This document shows, in pieces, positions 9,496-21,097 of a DNA stretch of 38,145 nucleotides (the stretch's first letter is position 1; each line of letters begins with the position of its first letter). The DNA comes from Planctomycetes bacterium UBA1146. GTDB lineage: Bacteria; Planctomycetota; UBA8108; UBA1146. Location: contig CAVOEM010000003.1 of the NCBI GenBank assembly GCA_963694575.1, positions 1 to 38,145 on the forward strand, in the 5' to 3' direction. Position numbers and translations under genes: made by a program. The notes below the pieces were generated by a model that ran no database searches, was not told the DNA's origin, and saw nothing but the letters and a program-made list of their open reading frames with translations.

Positions 9496-10494
9496 TCAGA
9501 TCGCCACACTGGCGAATTCGGCATCCTGCACCAGCTTCGCCAGCAGGCGATTGGCCGGGGTGTCGATGCCAGATCGTTCCGCAATGCGCGTCACCGCACC
9601 ACAGATCCAGTCCATTTCAGTCTGTTGACCCCGTTCAAGGTCTTGAAGAGTCGAGCAACGATTGGTTGCCGTATCCCGGCAAAGATCTCTCAGCAACTGT
9701 TCAGGATCGCTCTCCGACAGATCTACTCCGGCGACCTTCGCCACCTCAATCACCTCTTTTGCCGCCTCGATCGAGAGCGCAAAAGAACTACTCTCTGGCA
9801 GCATGCCATTTTCCTGGCCGAGCAAAGCGCAAACTGGATTCAAACCCGCATTGAGCATCGCTTTCTTCCAGATCAGCGAGATGCCCTCCTCCACTGCTTG
9901 GCTTTGAAGTCCCGCCTCCTGGAGCATGCCGGACAATGCTTGCGCCTCGGCAAAGGAGGCTTGAGTGGACCCCTCCGTGGAGATGGGACCCACCCGTACA
10001 AGCCCGCCGCTTCCGCGTTCTTCAACGACGCCACTCTCATCGGGGCACAATCCATAGGTCACTGACGCCACCAAGCTTCGGGTCATTCCTGCTTCGGCCA
10101 GGGACTCGGCGTGGCCTAGCCCATTTGCCATCAGTACGGCGACGCCTTCCGGGGAAAGCAGATGGGAACATTCCATCGCCGCATCGCTCAGATCTTTCGC
10201 CTTGATGCAGAAGAACACCCACTGAAAACTCCCCGCCGGCAATGCTGCTGCTGGCGCGGACTCGACGTCCTGATGGAAGACTTGCTCGAGACGATTCACC
10301 GCACATGGCAACTGCTGGGCGGCAGATCCTGGCCGGGTCACCAGCGTCACCGCATAGCCACTGGCCTGCACCCTTGCCGCCAACCAGCGCCCAAGGGATC
10401 CCGCTCCGACTACCGCCAAGTTCAAGGGCACAATCCCATCGGGGTCTTCAGAGTCTTCGGGGTCTCGATCGTGGGAGAGGGAAGGCTCAACCAC
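9496..10494 (-). CDS. panE: 2-dehydropantoate 2-reductase (ketopantoate reductase)
   Basis: Rossmann AVVGAGSLG, CIKA, ANGLG, WKKAMLNAGLNP, STLQDL...TEMDWICG; adjacent to panB. Start uncertain (GTG 10494 or ATG 10527). Confidence 0.88.
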   Translation of the reverse strand: MVEPSLSHDRDPEDSEDPDGIVPLNLAVVGAGSLGRWLAARVQASGYAVTLVTRPGSAAQQLPCAVNRLEQVFHQDVESAPAAALPAGSFQWVFFCIKAKDLSDAAMECSHLLSPEGVAVLMANGLGHAESLAEAGMTRSLVASVTYGLCPDESGVVEERGSGGLVRVGPISTEGSTQASFAEAQALSGMLQEAGLQSQAVEEGISLIWKKAMLNAGLNPVCALLGQENGMLPESSSFALSIEAAKEVIEVAKVAGVDLSESDPEQLLRDLCRDTATNRCSTLQDLERGQQTEMDWICGAVTRIAERSGIDTPANRLLAKLVQDAEFASVAI

Positions 10495-11362
10495 TCGTCT
10501 GTCTTTCTTGTTCAGGCTGGAGGTCATCCGGGAAATCCTCAGCGGACGTGCTTTCCTGTGAACCTGAAAACGATTCCGATTCACACGGGAAATCGCCCCG
10601 TGCCACATCTTGCTGAAAGGATCGAACCGCCTCGATCATCGTTTCCTCGACTCGGGCATAGCGCCGCACAAACCGCGGCTTGAAGTCCCCAGACCATCCC
10701 ACCAGGTCGTGATACACCAGCACCTGGGCGTCAACATCTGGCCCCGCTCCGATTCCGATGATCGGCACGGTAGCAACACGGGTGATGGTCGCGGCAAGTT
10801 CCACGGGAACACACTCGAGTACGATGGCGAAAGCCCCCGCCTGCTCCAGCGCCCGGGCATCCTCCGCGATTCTCAGTGCATCTTGAGGGTCACTGCCTTG
10901 CACCCTGTATCCACCCAGTTGTGTAGCATTCTGTGGGGTGAGGCCGAGATGTCCCATCACCGGGATCCCCGCCTCGACGATTCGCTGGACGGTCGAAACC
11001 CGCGGGCCACCCCCTTCCAGCTTGACCGCATCGGCCCCGCCTTGCTGGATCAGTCGGCCGGCATTTCGCACCGCTTCTTCATCGCTGATCTGTGCAGCGA
11101 GGAATGGCATATCTCCAACCACAAATAGATCCGGTGCGCCGCGACGGACCGCGGCGGTATGCCTCACCATATCGTCCATGGTGACAGGAACGGTACTTCC
11201 ATGTCCAAGGATGACATTTCCTAGCGAGTCTCCCACCAGCACCACAGGAACTTCCGCTGCCGCTAGAACGCGCGCAGAGGGAGCATCGTAGGAGGTCAGG
11301 CAGACCCAACGATGGGACTCCTGCTTCCAGCGCTTTAAATCCTGTATGGCGATTCGACTCAT
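10487..11362 (-). CDS. panB: 3-methyl-2-oxobutanoate hydroxymethyltransferase
   Basis: LTSYD, LVGDSLG, VGDMPF, VKLEGG, GHLGLTPQ, IGIGAG, QVLVYHD. Confidence 0.97.
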   Translation of the reverse strand: MSRIAIQDLKRWKQESHRWVCLTSYDAPSARVLAAAEVPVVLVGDSLGNVILGHGSTVPVTMDDMVRHTAAVRRGAPDLFVVGDMPFLAAQISDEEAVRNAGRLIQQGGADAVKLEGGGPRVSTVQRIVEAGIPVMGHLGLTPQNATQLGGYRVQGSDPQDALRIAEDARALEQAGAFAIVLECVPVELAATITRVATVPIIGIGAGPDVDAQVLVYHDLVGWSGDFKPRFVRRYARVEETMIEAVRSFQQDVARGDFPCESESFSGSQESTSAEDFPDDLQPEQERQTSG

Positions 11363-11382
11363 CGTGTTTCTCCGGTTCTGCG

Positions 11383-14239
<2,857 letters not shown>

Positions 14240-14243
<4 letters not shown>

Positions 14244-15385
14244 GCTTCTTGCATCTCGCTCACCACGAGAGGCATCACGATGTGGCGGTAACTATTTTCA
14301 CCATCCGGGATACTGAACAGTCCGGCAGTTTTTCCATCCCTGAGCCCGCAACGTATCTGGCTGCTGTCGATCTTGTTGAGCAGTTCAATCAAGTATTCAG
14401 GGTTGAAGTGAATTGCAAATCCATCGTCATCCCCTTCGACTCTTGCGACAGAGAACTCTACTTTGGATTCCCCAACATTACTGGCAGAGCTGGAAAGTGT
14501 TGCTGAACTCTCGCCAAACTGAAAACGTACCGAGTTGGTCTCCTTGGTGGTCATCAATCGGGTTTGTCGAAGAGCCACCAGTAGTTCTTCTGTGTTGATG
14601 TCGTAGACATTTTCAAGTTCTGTAGGAATCGCTCGCTCGTATTCAGGGAACTTTCCTTCGACGAGACGGCAAGTCAGCGAAACCTGATCGGAAACATAAG
14701 TCACCTCGTTTTTGTCGAGGTGAACCACCACTTCCTCTTCAGTTTCCGAAGAAAGAATCTTGGCCAGTAGGTCTACTCCTTTAAGCGGAAGAATGTACTG
14801 GCCTTCTGGTATTCCATCTTTCCCTCCAGCGCTGATGGAAATCACCCCAACGGCCATCCGTTTCCCATCGGTGCTGACCACTTTCAATTCTTCTCCATGC
14901 CCATCAAACAACACGCTGTGCATATTGAATCGCGTGGCATCCTTTGCCGCAGCGACACTGACCCTGCTCAAGGTCTGCAAGAGTTTCACGCGATCCACAC
15001 GAATCGAAGGACCTGGAGGGTTGAACTCGATACTGGGATACTCTTCCAGGGGGCCGGTAGGAAGTTTGAAGTGAGCTTTGCCACTGTGAATACACGCTTG
15101 ACCCGCGGCATCGACCTCAAAACTGATTTCAGGGTTATGGGATTCTCGTAACACCTTCAGTAGTCTTGCGCAGGGAATCAAACATGCGCCTTCTTGTTCA
15201 ACCATCACTTCATCGATCTGAGCTCGAAGGCCCACCTCGAGATCCGTTCCTTCGACTTGAAGACCATCTCGGGTGGCCGAGATCTTTGCCTGTTGAAGTA
15301 CTGGCCTGGTCGGGTTTCCCGGAACTACGCCCGACACCAAGGAAACCGCTTCGAGTAATTCACGAGCTTGGCACTGGATCTTCAT
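14240..15385 (-). CDS. dnaN: DNA polymerase III beta sliding clamp
   Basis: GTDLEVG, STDGKRM, RLVEGKFPEYE, FNPEYL, IVMPL. ATG 15385 preceded by AGAGGAGG. Confidence 0.97.
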
Positions 15386-15600
15386 CGTTCCTCCTCTGAT
15401 ATAAATCACACTTCTTCGCGGTCACTACAGAACAGATGTCCAGACCCTCTGGGTCCGCATCGACAGAGCCCCCTCGGTGCGATCCTGAGAGGTCTCGGGG
15501 CCTTTCTCGAGACACTCACTGCACCCGCGGAAGGGTTCCCGATGCCCGGAAACCTGGGGTGATTTCAAACTCCAAAGAATTGCTCCTGTGATGGAGCGGT

Positions 15601-15629
15601 ATTCTAGGTTGGAGAGGGGTCTCAGGCAA
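15601..15629 (-). promoter_or_regulatory. Sigma70-type promoter for dnaN operon
   Basis: Minus strand TTGCCT (15629-15624), 17 bp, TAGAAT (15606-15601). Confidence 0.6.
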
Positions 15630-15699
15630 TCTGAAAGAGGTTCAAATTCGTATTCGTAACCAGGATTAGTAAAGGATTTAGGATCGCTCCAGCGGAGCG

Positions 15700-16140
15700 A
15701 GAAGCGGCTTCTCGGAGGGGGGCTTAGAGGTTCTAGATGATGGATGAATTAGATCAATTCGTAGTCTTGCATCATAGGGGTTGGAAGAAGTGTGGAAAAC
15801 CTCACCCGGGAACTACATAAACCATTGATTTGTAACCACTTATGGAAGACATTTCGGTCGTTCTGGCTGTGGATAAGCTGAAAGTCGATGGAGCACAACC
15901 GGAACCCCTTCAGGAGGTTCTCCAGAGGAGTCGGTGGAAGCGCGGCCAATCCCTTCCTCGGGTCCACCGATGGGCAACAGGTTTCCCACGATCTTGGCGG
16001 TAACTTGTCCACCACATCCCGCCAGTGCTCGCTGTCGCTGAAGACCCTCTCGGTTGGCTTTCCGACTTCATCGTCTCTGTCATTTGACTTCATCGTCAAG
16101 GTTGCGTTGTGACCTACTCACCGATCTAGCCACAGCCCAA
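15700..16140. other. Probable chromosomal replication origin (oriC) in the dnaA-dnaN spacer
   Basis: Perfect DnaA box TGTGGATAA 15868-15876; 1-mismatch TGTGGAAAA 15791-15799; 2-mismatch boxes 16005-16013 and 16126-16134; AT-richer GAT/TAG-containing stretch 15731-15777. Predominant gene orientation flips in this part of the window. Confidence 0.8.
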
Positions 16141-16242
16141 AAGGGGGGTGGGGAGAGTGCCCGCTTCTGCGCTGGATCGAGTCGGAAAAAAGTGAGCGGA
16201 TGGGTCGGGAGAAAATGGCGAGGTTGGAAGGACCGGCGGAAT

Positions 16243-17562
16243 TCAGATGCGGCGCAAACGATCTTCCACCATGTCGACACTTCTTTTCAGATTGGGATCG
16301 ATCGGCAGAGTTTGGCGGATCTTCTCGATGGAGTGTAGGACTGTCGAGTGATCTCTACCGCCAAAGTACTGACCGATTTCACCGAGGGAGCAGTTGGTAT
16401 GGCGACGTCCAAGAAACATGCAAACCTGCCGGGGGAGAACGATGGAGCGAGTTCGACGAGGGGAGTGGAGATCCAGGGAGGAGACCATGAACTCCTCACA
16501 GATCAAACCTTCTATCTTTCTCAGGTCGATTCGAGAACTGATTTCCCCCATCAACTCATCGAGGGTGTGTGACACGTTCTCTGTATTGATCTCCAGATTT
16601 TCGTGTCTCGACATGCTTTCAATTCTCAACACAGCACCTTCGAGCTCACGGATGTTGTCGCGAATCCTCTGGGCCATCACCTCGACCACTTCAAGGGGAA
16701 GTTCGACTCCTCTTTGACTCGCCTTGCGGCGAATGATGGCCATTCTGGTTTCTAGATCTGGGGGGTCCAATTGGACCACAAGGCCCAGCCTGAAGCGGGA
16801 AACCAGCCGTTCCGAAAGACCAGAGATCTCCGATGGTGGCGCGTCTGATGTGAGGAAGATCTGTCTTTCCTGGTTGTAGATCTCATTGAAGGTGTTGAAG
16901 AATTCTTCCTGAGTTCGCTCCTTGTCACAGAGGAACTGGATGTCATCGATCAGTAGCGCCCCAGCTTTTCGGTAACGAGATCTGAACTGATCTATTTTTC
17001 CGGAGGAGAGGTCAGAGATGAACTCGTTGGTGAAAGAAGCACAGGAAATTGTGGTGACATCGGAGACGCCGTTGTTGCGAAGATGATGAGCGACCGCCTG
17101 CAGCAGGTGAGTCTTCCCCAGGCCGACTGACCCATGGAGAAAGAACGGGTTGTAGGAGCCACCAGGGTTGTCCGCGACCGCCTGGGCCGCCGCGTGGGCG
17201 AGTTGATTGGATGGGCCAGTGATGAAGGTATCGAAGGTGAGATTCTGATGGAGAGATAACTGCTCACCGCTGGGTGAGGTGGTCGTGGTTTCAGCGTGGT
17301 CTGGCGTGGCGACCTGGAAGGAGATCTCTCGGTCAGTGTCGTCGTCGAATACAATGGAGACCACATCCCTGAAGAGGGACATGTAGCGCTGCTGGAGAAA
17401 GGATGAATGCAGGGTGCTGGGAACCTCCACCAGGATGCCTGTGGAGCTCTCCATGAACTCGAGGCTCTCAAACCACGGCGACCAATGGGCGCTGTCGACC
17501 CGATCCTTCAGTGCGACCAAAATTTTGGCACCGATGGGTTCATTGGCGGTGGAGGAGGACAT
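16243..17562 (-). CDS. dnaA: Chromosomal replication initiator DnaA
   Basis: TFDTFITGPSN, YNPFFLHGSVGLGKTHL, LLIDDIQF, QEEFFNTFN, NIRELEGA, GGRDHSTVLHS. Start set at ATG 17562 (GAAAGG upstream). Confidence 0.98.
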   Translation of the reverse strand: MSSSTANEPIGAKILVALKDRVDSAHWSPWFESLEFMESSTGILVEVPSTLHSSFLQQRYMSLFRDVVSIVFDDDTDREISFQVATPDHAETTTTSPSGEQLSLHQNLTFDTFITGPSNQLAHAAAQAVADNPGGSYNPFFLHGSVGLGKTHLLQAVAHHLRNNGVSDVTTISCASFTNEFISDLSSGKIDQFRSRYRKAGALLIDDIQFLCDKERTQEEFFNTFNEIYNQERQIFLTSDAPPSEISGLSERLVSRFRLGLVVQLDPPDLETRMAIIRRKASQRGVELPLEVVEVMAQRIRDNIRELEGAVLRIESMSRHENLEINTENVSHTLDELMGEISSRIDLRKIEGLICEEFMVSSLDLHSPRRTRSIVLPRQVCMFLGRRHTNCSLGEIGQYFGGRDHSTVLHSIEKIRQTLPIDPNLKRSVDMVEDRLRRI

Positions 17563-17664
17563 GGAGCCTTTCAGGACGTCGCATTCGCATCGATTGCGGG
17601 CGACCGTTGAACTTAACAAGGCAGAGAAGGGTAACGCAAGCCCCTCGGTGAAGACCGGGTTGGC

Positions 17665-17693
17665 TTGCCGAAACAGGCTGGCCGGGATAGAAT
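17665..17693 (+). promoter_or_regulatory. Sigma70-type promoter for tRNA-Ser
   Basis: TTGCCG (17665-17670), 17 bp, TAGAAT (17688-17693), about 65 bp before the tRNA. Confidence 0.6.
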
Positions 17694-17719
17694 TGTCGGA
17701 CACCCGATGGGTGTGGCCA

Positions 17720-17757
17720 TGACAAAAGTGTGTCACTGACATGACAAGATCGTGTCG
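17720..17757. promoter_or_regulatory. Candidate operator: four TG(A/T)C(A/G) half-sites at 11-bp period
   Basis: TGACA 17720, TGTCA 17731, TGACA 17742, TGTCG 17753. Confidence 0.5.
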
Positions 17758-17758
17758 C

Positions 17759-17851
<93 letters not shown>

Positions 17852-18059
17852 CATTGCCCGGCAAATTGCGGGTTCCTGGTGTTTCTATTTGTTAGGTAAT
17901 GTTTTTCGGTGGGGTATTCATGGATTCTCATCATCCTATCGATGACATATCAGAAATCGGACTGGACAGCGATTGGGGCCCCGATATGGCGGGTGTCAAT
18001 GTTGGATCGAGTTGTATACGGCGAATGTGGCCCTGCCTGGATTGAATTGAGCGGCGAGG

Positions 18060-18311
18060 TCGATCTGAACCATCGATCTGAACCATCGATCTGAACCATC
18101 GATCTGAACCATCGCTCTGAACCATCGATCTGAACCATTGATCTGAACCATTGATCTGAACCATCGATCTGAACCATCGATCTGAACCATCGATCTGAAC
18201 CATCGATCTGAACCATCGCTCTGAACCATCGATCTGAACCATTGATCTGAACCATTGATCTGAACCATCGATCTGAACCATCGATCTGAACCATCGATCT
18301 GAACCATCGAT
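18060..18311. repeat. Tandem array of 13-bp unit TCGATCTGAACCA, 19 full copies plus partial, with an 8-unit (104-bp) higher-order period
   Basis: Counted directly. Variants are TCGCTC... at units 5 and 13 and TTGATC... at units 7, 8, 15 and 16. No spacers. Confidence 0.97.
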
Positions 18312-18719
18312 TTACGGGATCAGGGTTCCATTTTGCCAGGGCAGAGCAAGGGGTGCAGGGTGTGTGGCTCTTGTGAGCTCCCCTCCTGGTCGAATTGTCC
18401 ACTCCAGACATGTTGGTGAGAGCATATTTTGGTGCTGCTGTGGAGTCACGGCAGCGGATCCGGACGAGACTCCCACACCCTTGGGATGGTCAGGTTTCCC
18501 GGGGTCTGGAACGGATCTCTTTGGTATTTGATCCGGCTGTCGTTGTTCATCGCGGTGAGATATCCGCTGTATATAGCAGCGCACCACTCGTTGTGACCCG
18601 CCAAAGGGGTTCCCATGAGAATCAAAGAAGTGGTTTATTAACTTCGCATCCGAGTTTTTGCGAGGATGGGAGAACCTGACCGCGACATCTTTTCGGCCTA
18701 TCCCTCGGCTTTGCTGGGG

Positions 18720-19193
18720 TCAGATCTTCATTCCGACGACGGTACCTTCGAAGACGCGTTCTCCTTCGACATATCCCTGTGCGGAGAATTTCGCCAGTTT
18801 GGACCGCAGGGCGGTCACCTCGCCGACCATCAAGAGTTCAGATCCCGGCATCACGACCCCTCGGAATCGAACATCTTCACAAGCAGCAAATCCGAGGATC
18901 CCCTCGGAGTCGAGGTCCTCTCCGAAGTAGAAGGAGCACAATTGACCGGCGGTTTCGATCATCAACACGCCGGGCAGGATGGGTCGGTCGGGGAAGTGGC
19001 CTCGCACCCAGAACGCATCCTCCCGAACCACATGAACCCCGGCAATGGTGCGGGTTTCAGGGTCAAAGTGAACGATCCTGTCGAGCATCTCCATCTCGTG
19101 GCGCTGTGAATTGCGCCGTCGAATCTCATCCGGGCCAAAAATAGTGGCCTGGAGGTCAATCGACCCCGGATCGATGATGGATTTTGCTGGCAT
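18720..19193 (-). CDS. Beta-hydroxyacyl-ACP dehydratase (FabZ/FabA hot-dog family)
   Basis: QRHEMEMLDRI, FWVRGHFPDRPILPGVLMIE, VRFRGVVMPG. AAGGAG RBS upstream. Confidence 0.9.
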   Translation of the reverse strand: MPAKSIIDPGSIDLQATIFGPDEIRRRNSQRHEMEMLDRIVHFDPETRTIAGVHVVREDAFWVRGHFPDRPILPGVLMIETAGQLCSFYFGEDLDSEGILGFAACEDVRFRGVVMPGSELLMVGEVTALRSKLAKFSAQGYVEGERVFEGTVVGMKI

Positions 19194-19306
19194 CCCGGCT
19201 CCTTACTCTCTCGAAGCAGGGTACACGACAGTATGAGCCGCTGCGACATCTGGGCCTGAGCCAAATCGGCAGGTAGAATGTGGATCCCAAGGAAGGAAAC
19301 TACCAC

Positions 19307-20578
19307 TTGTCTGATCTCAACATTTCGATGGAGCAACGGGTCGCAACCGCTGACCAAGGTTGTTCCTACACCCTCGTTCAGCTCGAGGGATTTATCGATG
19401 CTGCCAATTACCCGAGATTCGAGAAAGCGCTGGAGCGATTGGTCGAAAGCGGCAGGCACCAGCTGGTGCTCGATTTCCGTGGAGTCCAGTACATCAATTC
19501 TACCGGGATTAGCGGAATCATCCGGTTTCACAACCTCTGCAAGGAAGCAGGGGGGACTTTCCTGCTCGCCAGGGTGGCGAGAAATGTCGGGATCACCATG
19601 CACTTGCTGGGAGTGACCTCGGTGGTTCAGGTTGCCAGAGATCTTGAGGAAGCGGAGCAATTGCTCGAGGGAGGGTCGCCCGCCGTAGAGGTGGAAGCTC
19701 TGAAATCTGATTCCGGTGCACCTCGCAATGTGCCGGTACTCTCCGATCCATCCGGGCCCGCCGGGGCGGTGGTGATGTTGCTTCCATCGACTGGACACTT
19801 CGCAAAAATTTGCAAGAAGCGGGTCGAGCAGCGTGGCGGCAAGGCATTTCTGTTTCATGAAGTGGACCAGCTGATGGGGAGTATAGATGCGATCGCTCCC
19901 GACTTGATCGTGGTCGACAAGCGCGTCCACAACAGCAATAAGGTGGTCGAAAGCATCAAGCTCGCCCCGCGACACGCCCTCGCCTCGGTGATCTTGATCC
20001 ACCCCAAGGGTGCTGACCTGCAAGATGTTCGCGGCTTTCGCGTGTGGGAAAACGATTCACTGGTGGACCCATTCGATCTGGCAAATTTGTTCGTGCTGAC
20101 AGAGTCCGAGGTGCGTCGGGTGACCCGTGACCGCAAGTTGTTCACGCAACAGGTTCGCTTCCAGTTCGAGGGTCATCAGGATTCCATCGACCAGGGGTTG
20201 AGTCTCGGTGGGGCGCTCATCGCAAAGCTGCCGCTCACAGAACAGGAGCGAAACGCCCTCCACTCCGCGCTGAAGGAGGGGGTCGATAATGCCGTTCGTC
20301 ACGGCAACTCGGCTCGTCCCGATCGCCGGGTTACCGTCAATTACGTGGTGGAACCCCGGCGGGTCACGATGCTGGTCGAAGATGAAGGGGAAGGATTTGA
20401 CCACGAATTCTTCCTTGGCCAGATCGAAGAGAAGGATGCTTTCGACCGAGCCAAGGAGCGGATGAGAGAGGGGGGGCGTGGAGGACTCGGCATCCTGCTG
20501 ATGCACCGCTGTTCCGACCGTCTCGAATACCTGGGTAAGGGCAACGTGGTCAGGATCGAGAAGCGTCTACACGCCTGA
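19307..20578 (+). CDS. Fusion of STAS (anti-anti-sigma), atypical receiver and RsbW/SpoIIAB-type anti-sigma Ser kinase
   Basis: STAS: LEGFIDAAN...LVLDFRGVQYINSTGI. REC-like: PDLIVVD...LVDPFD. HATPase: EGVDNAVRHGN, VEDEGEGFD, GGLGILLM. Start set at TTG 19307 behind AAGGAAGG (GTG 19280 is an alternative). Confidence 0.88.
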   Translation: MSDLNISMEQRVATADQGCSYTLVQLEGFIDAANYPRFEKALERLVESGRHQLVLDFRGVQYINSTGISGIIRFHNLCKEAGGTFLLARVARNVGITMHLLGVTSVVQVARDLEEAEQLLEGGSPAVEVEALKSDSGAPRNVPVLSDPSGPAGAVVMLLPSTGHFAKICKKRVEQRGGKAFLFHEVDQLMGSIDAIAPDLIVVDKRVHNSNKVVESIKLAPRHALASVILIHPKGADLQDVRGFRVWENDSLVDPFDLANLFVLTESEVRRVTRDRKLFTQQVRFQFEGHQDSIDQGLSLGGALIAKLPLTEQERNALHSALKEGVDNAVRHGNSARPDRRVTVNYVVEPRRVTMLVEDEGEGFDHEFFLGQIEEKDAFDRAKERMREGGRGGLGILLMHRCSDRLEYLGKGNVVRIEKRLHA

Positions 20579-20626
20579 AACCGCCTTCAGGGGCCCGTGG
20601 CGAAGCGACGAGGATGGGCGGAGGTG

Positions 20627-20655
20627 TTGACAGGGACGAGGCCGATGCCCACAAT
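20627..20655 (+). promoter_or_regulatory. Sigma70-type promoter for tRNA-Gly
   Basis: TTGACA (20627-20632), 17 bp, CACAAT (20650-20655). Confidence 0.7.
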
Positions 20656-20702
20656 CGGCCCATAGACCGCCGGTTTGAGATCGACTCTCTTACCGGTTCC
20701 GA

Positions 20703-20777
20703 GCGGGTGTAGCTCAGGGGTAGAGCATCACGTTGCCAACGTGAATGTCGTGGGTTCGAATCCCATCACCCGCTCCA
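20703..20777 (+). tRNA. tRNA-Gly (anticodon GCC)
   Basis: Acceptor GCGGGTG/CACCCGC, anticodon arm TCACG-TTGCCAA-CGTGA, T-loop GTTCGAATC, encoded T-CCA end. Confidence 0.97.
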
Positions 20778-21068
20778 TTTTTTCTTCTGCAATACGGTCG
20801 ATATCACTTTTGTCCACTTTGCTGAATCTGTCCTCGATCATCGTTCTTCATCCATCTTTTTCCAGCCAACTCTCTTCCAACTCACGTGGTTTGGAACGAT
20901 TTCAGGGGTGTCGATCTCGCCACACCGAGGAGCAGGAGGCCCCGTCGGCGGCACTCAATTGGAGCGAAAAATCGACACGGATGTTCCCAGGAAGCGGGAT
21001 CTGGCGAAGAAATGTCGAATATCTGGGCCAAATTGTGCGAATCCGGAGCATCCAGACCCCCGCAAGCG

Positions 21069-21097
21069 TTGACACAATTGCAGGCGGCGACCATGAT
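21069..21097 (+). promoter_or_regulatory. Sigma70-type promoter for tig-clpP-clpX
   Basis: TTGACA (21069-21074), 17 bp, CATGAT (21092-21097), about 50 bp before the tig start. Confidence 0.6.

Noticed and set aside
15749-16112. ORFs within the dnaA-dnaN spacer
   Set aside because: They overlap DnaA boxes and have no protein-like features.
18060-18311. CRISPR array
   Set aside because: Units are contiguous 13-mers with no unique spacers and there are no cas genes in the window.
18060-18311. E. coli-type oriC 13-mer unwinding element (GATCT-starting 13-mers)
   Set aside because: The unit lacks the T-rich tail, is near 46% GC, and has no adjacent DnaA boxes; the boxes are in the dnaA-dnaN spacer.
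20808-20882. Cluster of TT(N)TCCA motifs after tRNA-Gly as datA/DARS-like DnaA boxes
   Set aside because: Each has two or more mismatches inside a pyrimidine-rich tract, which is compatible with chance.
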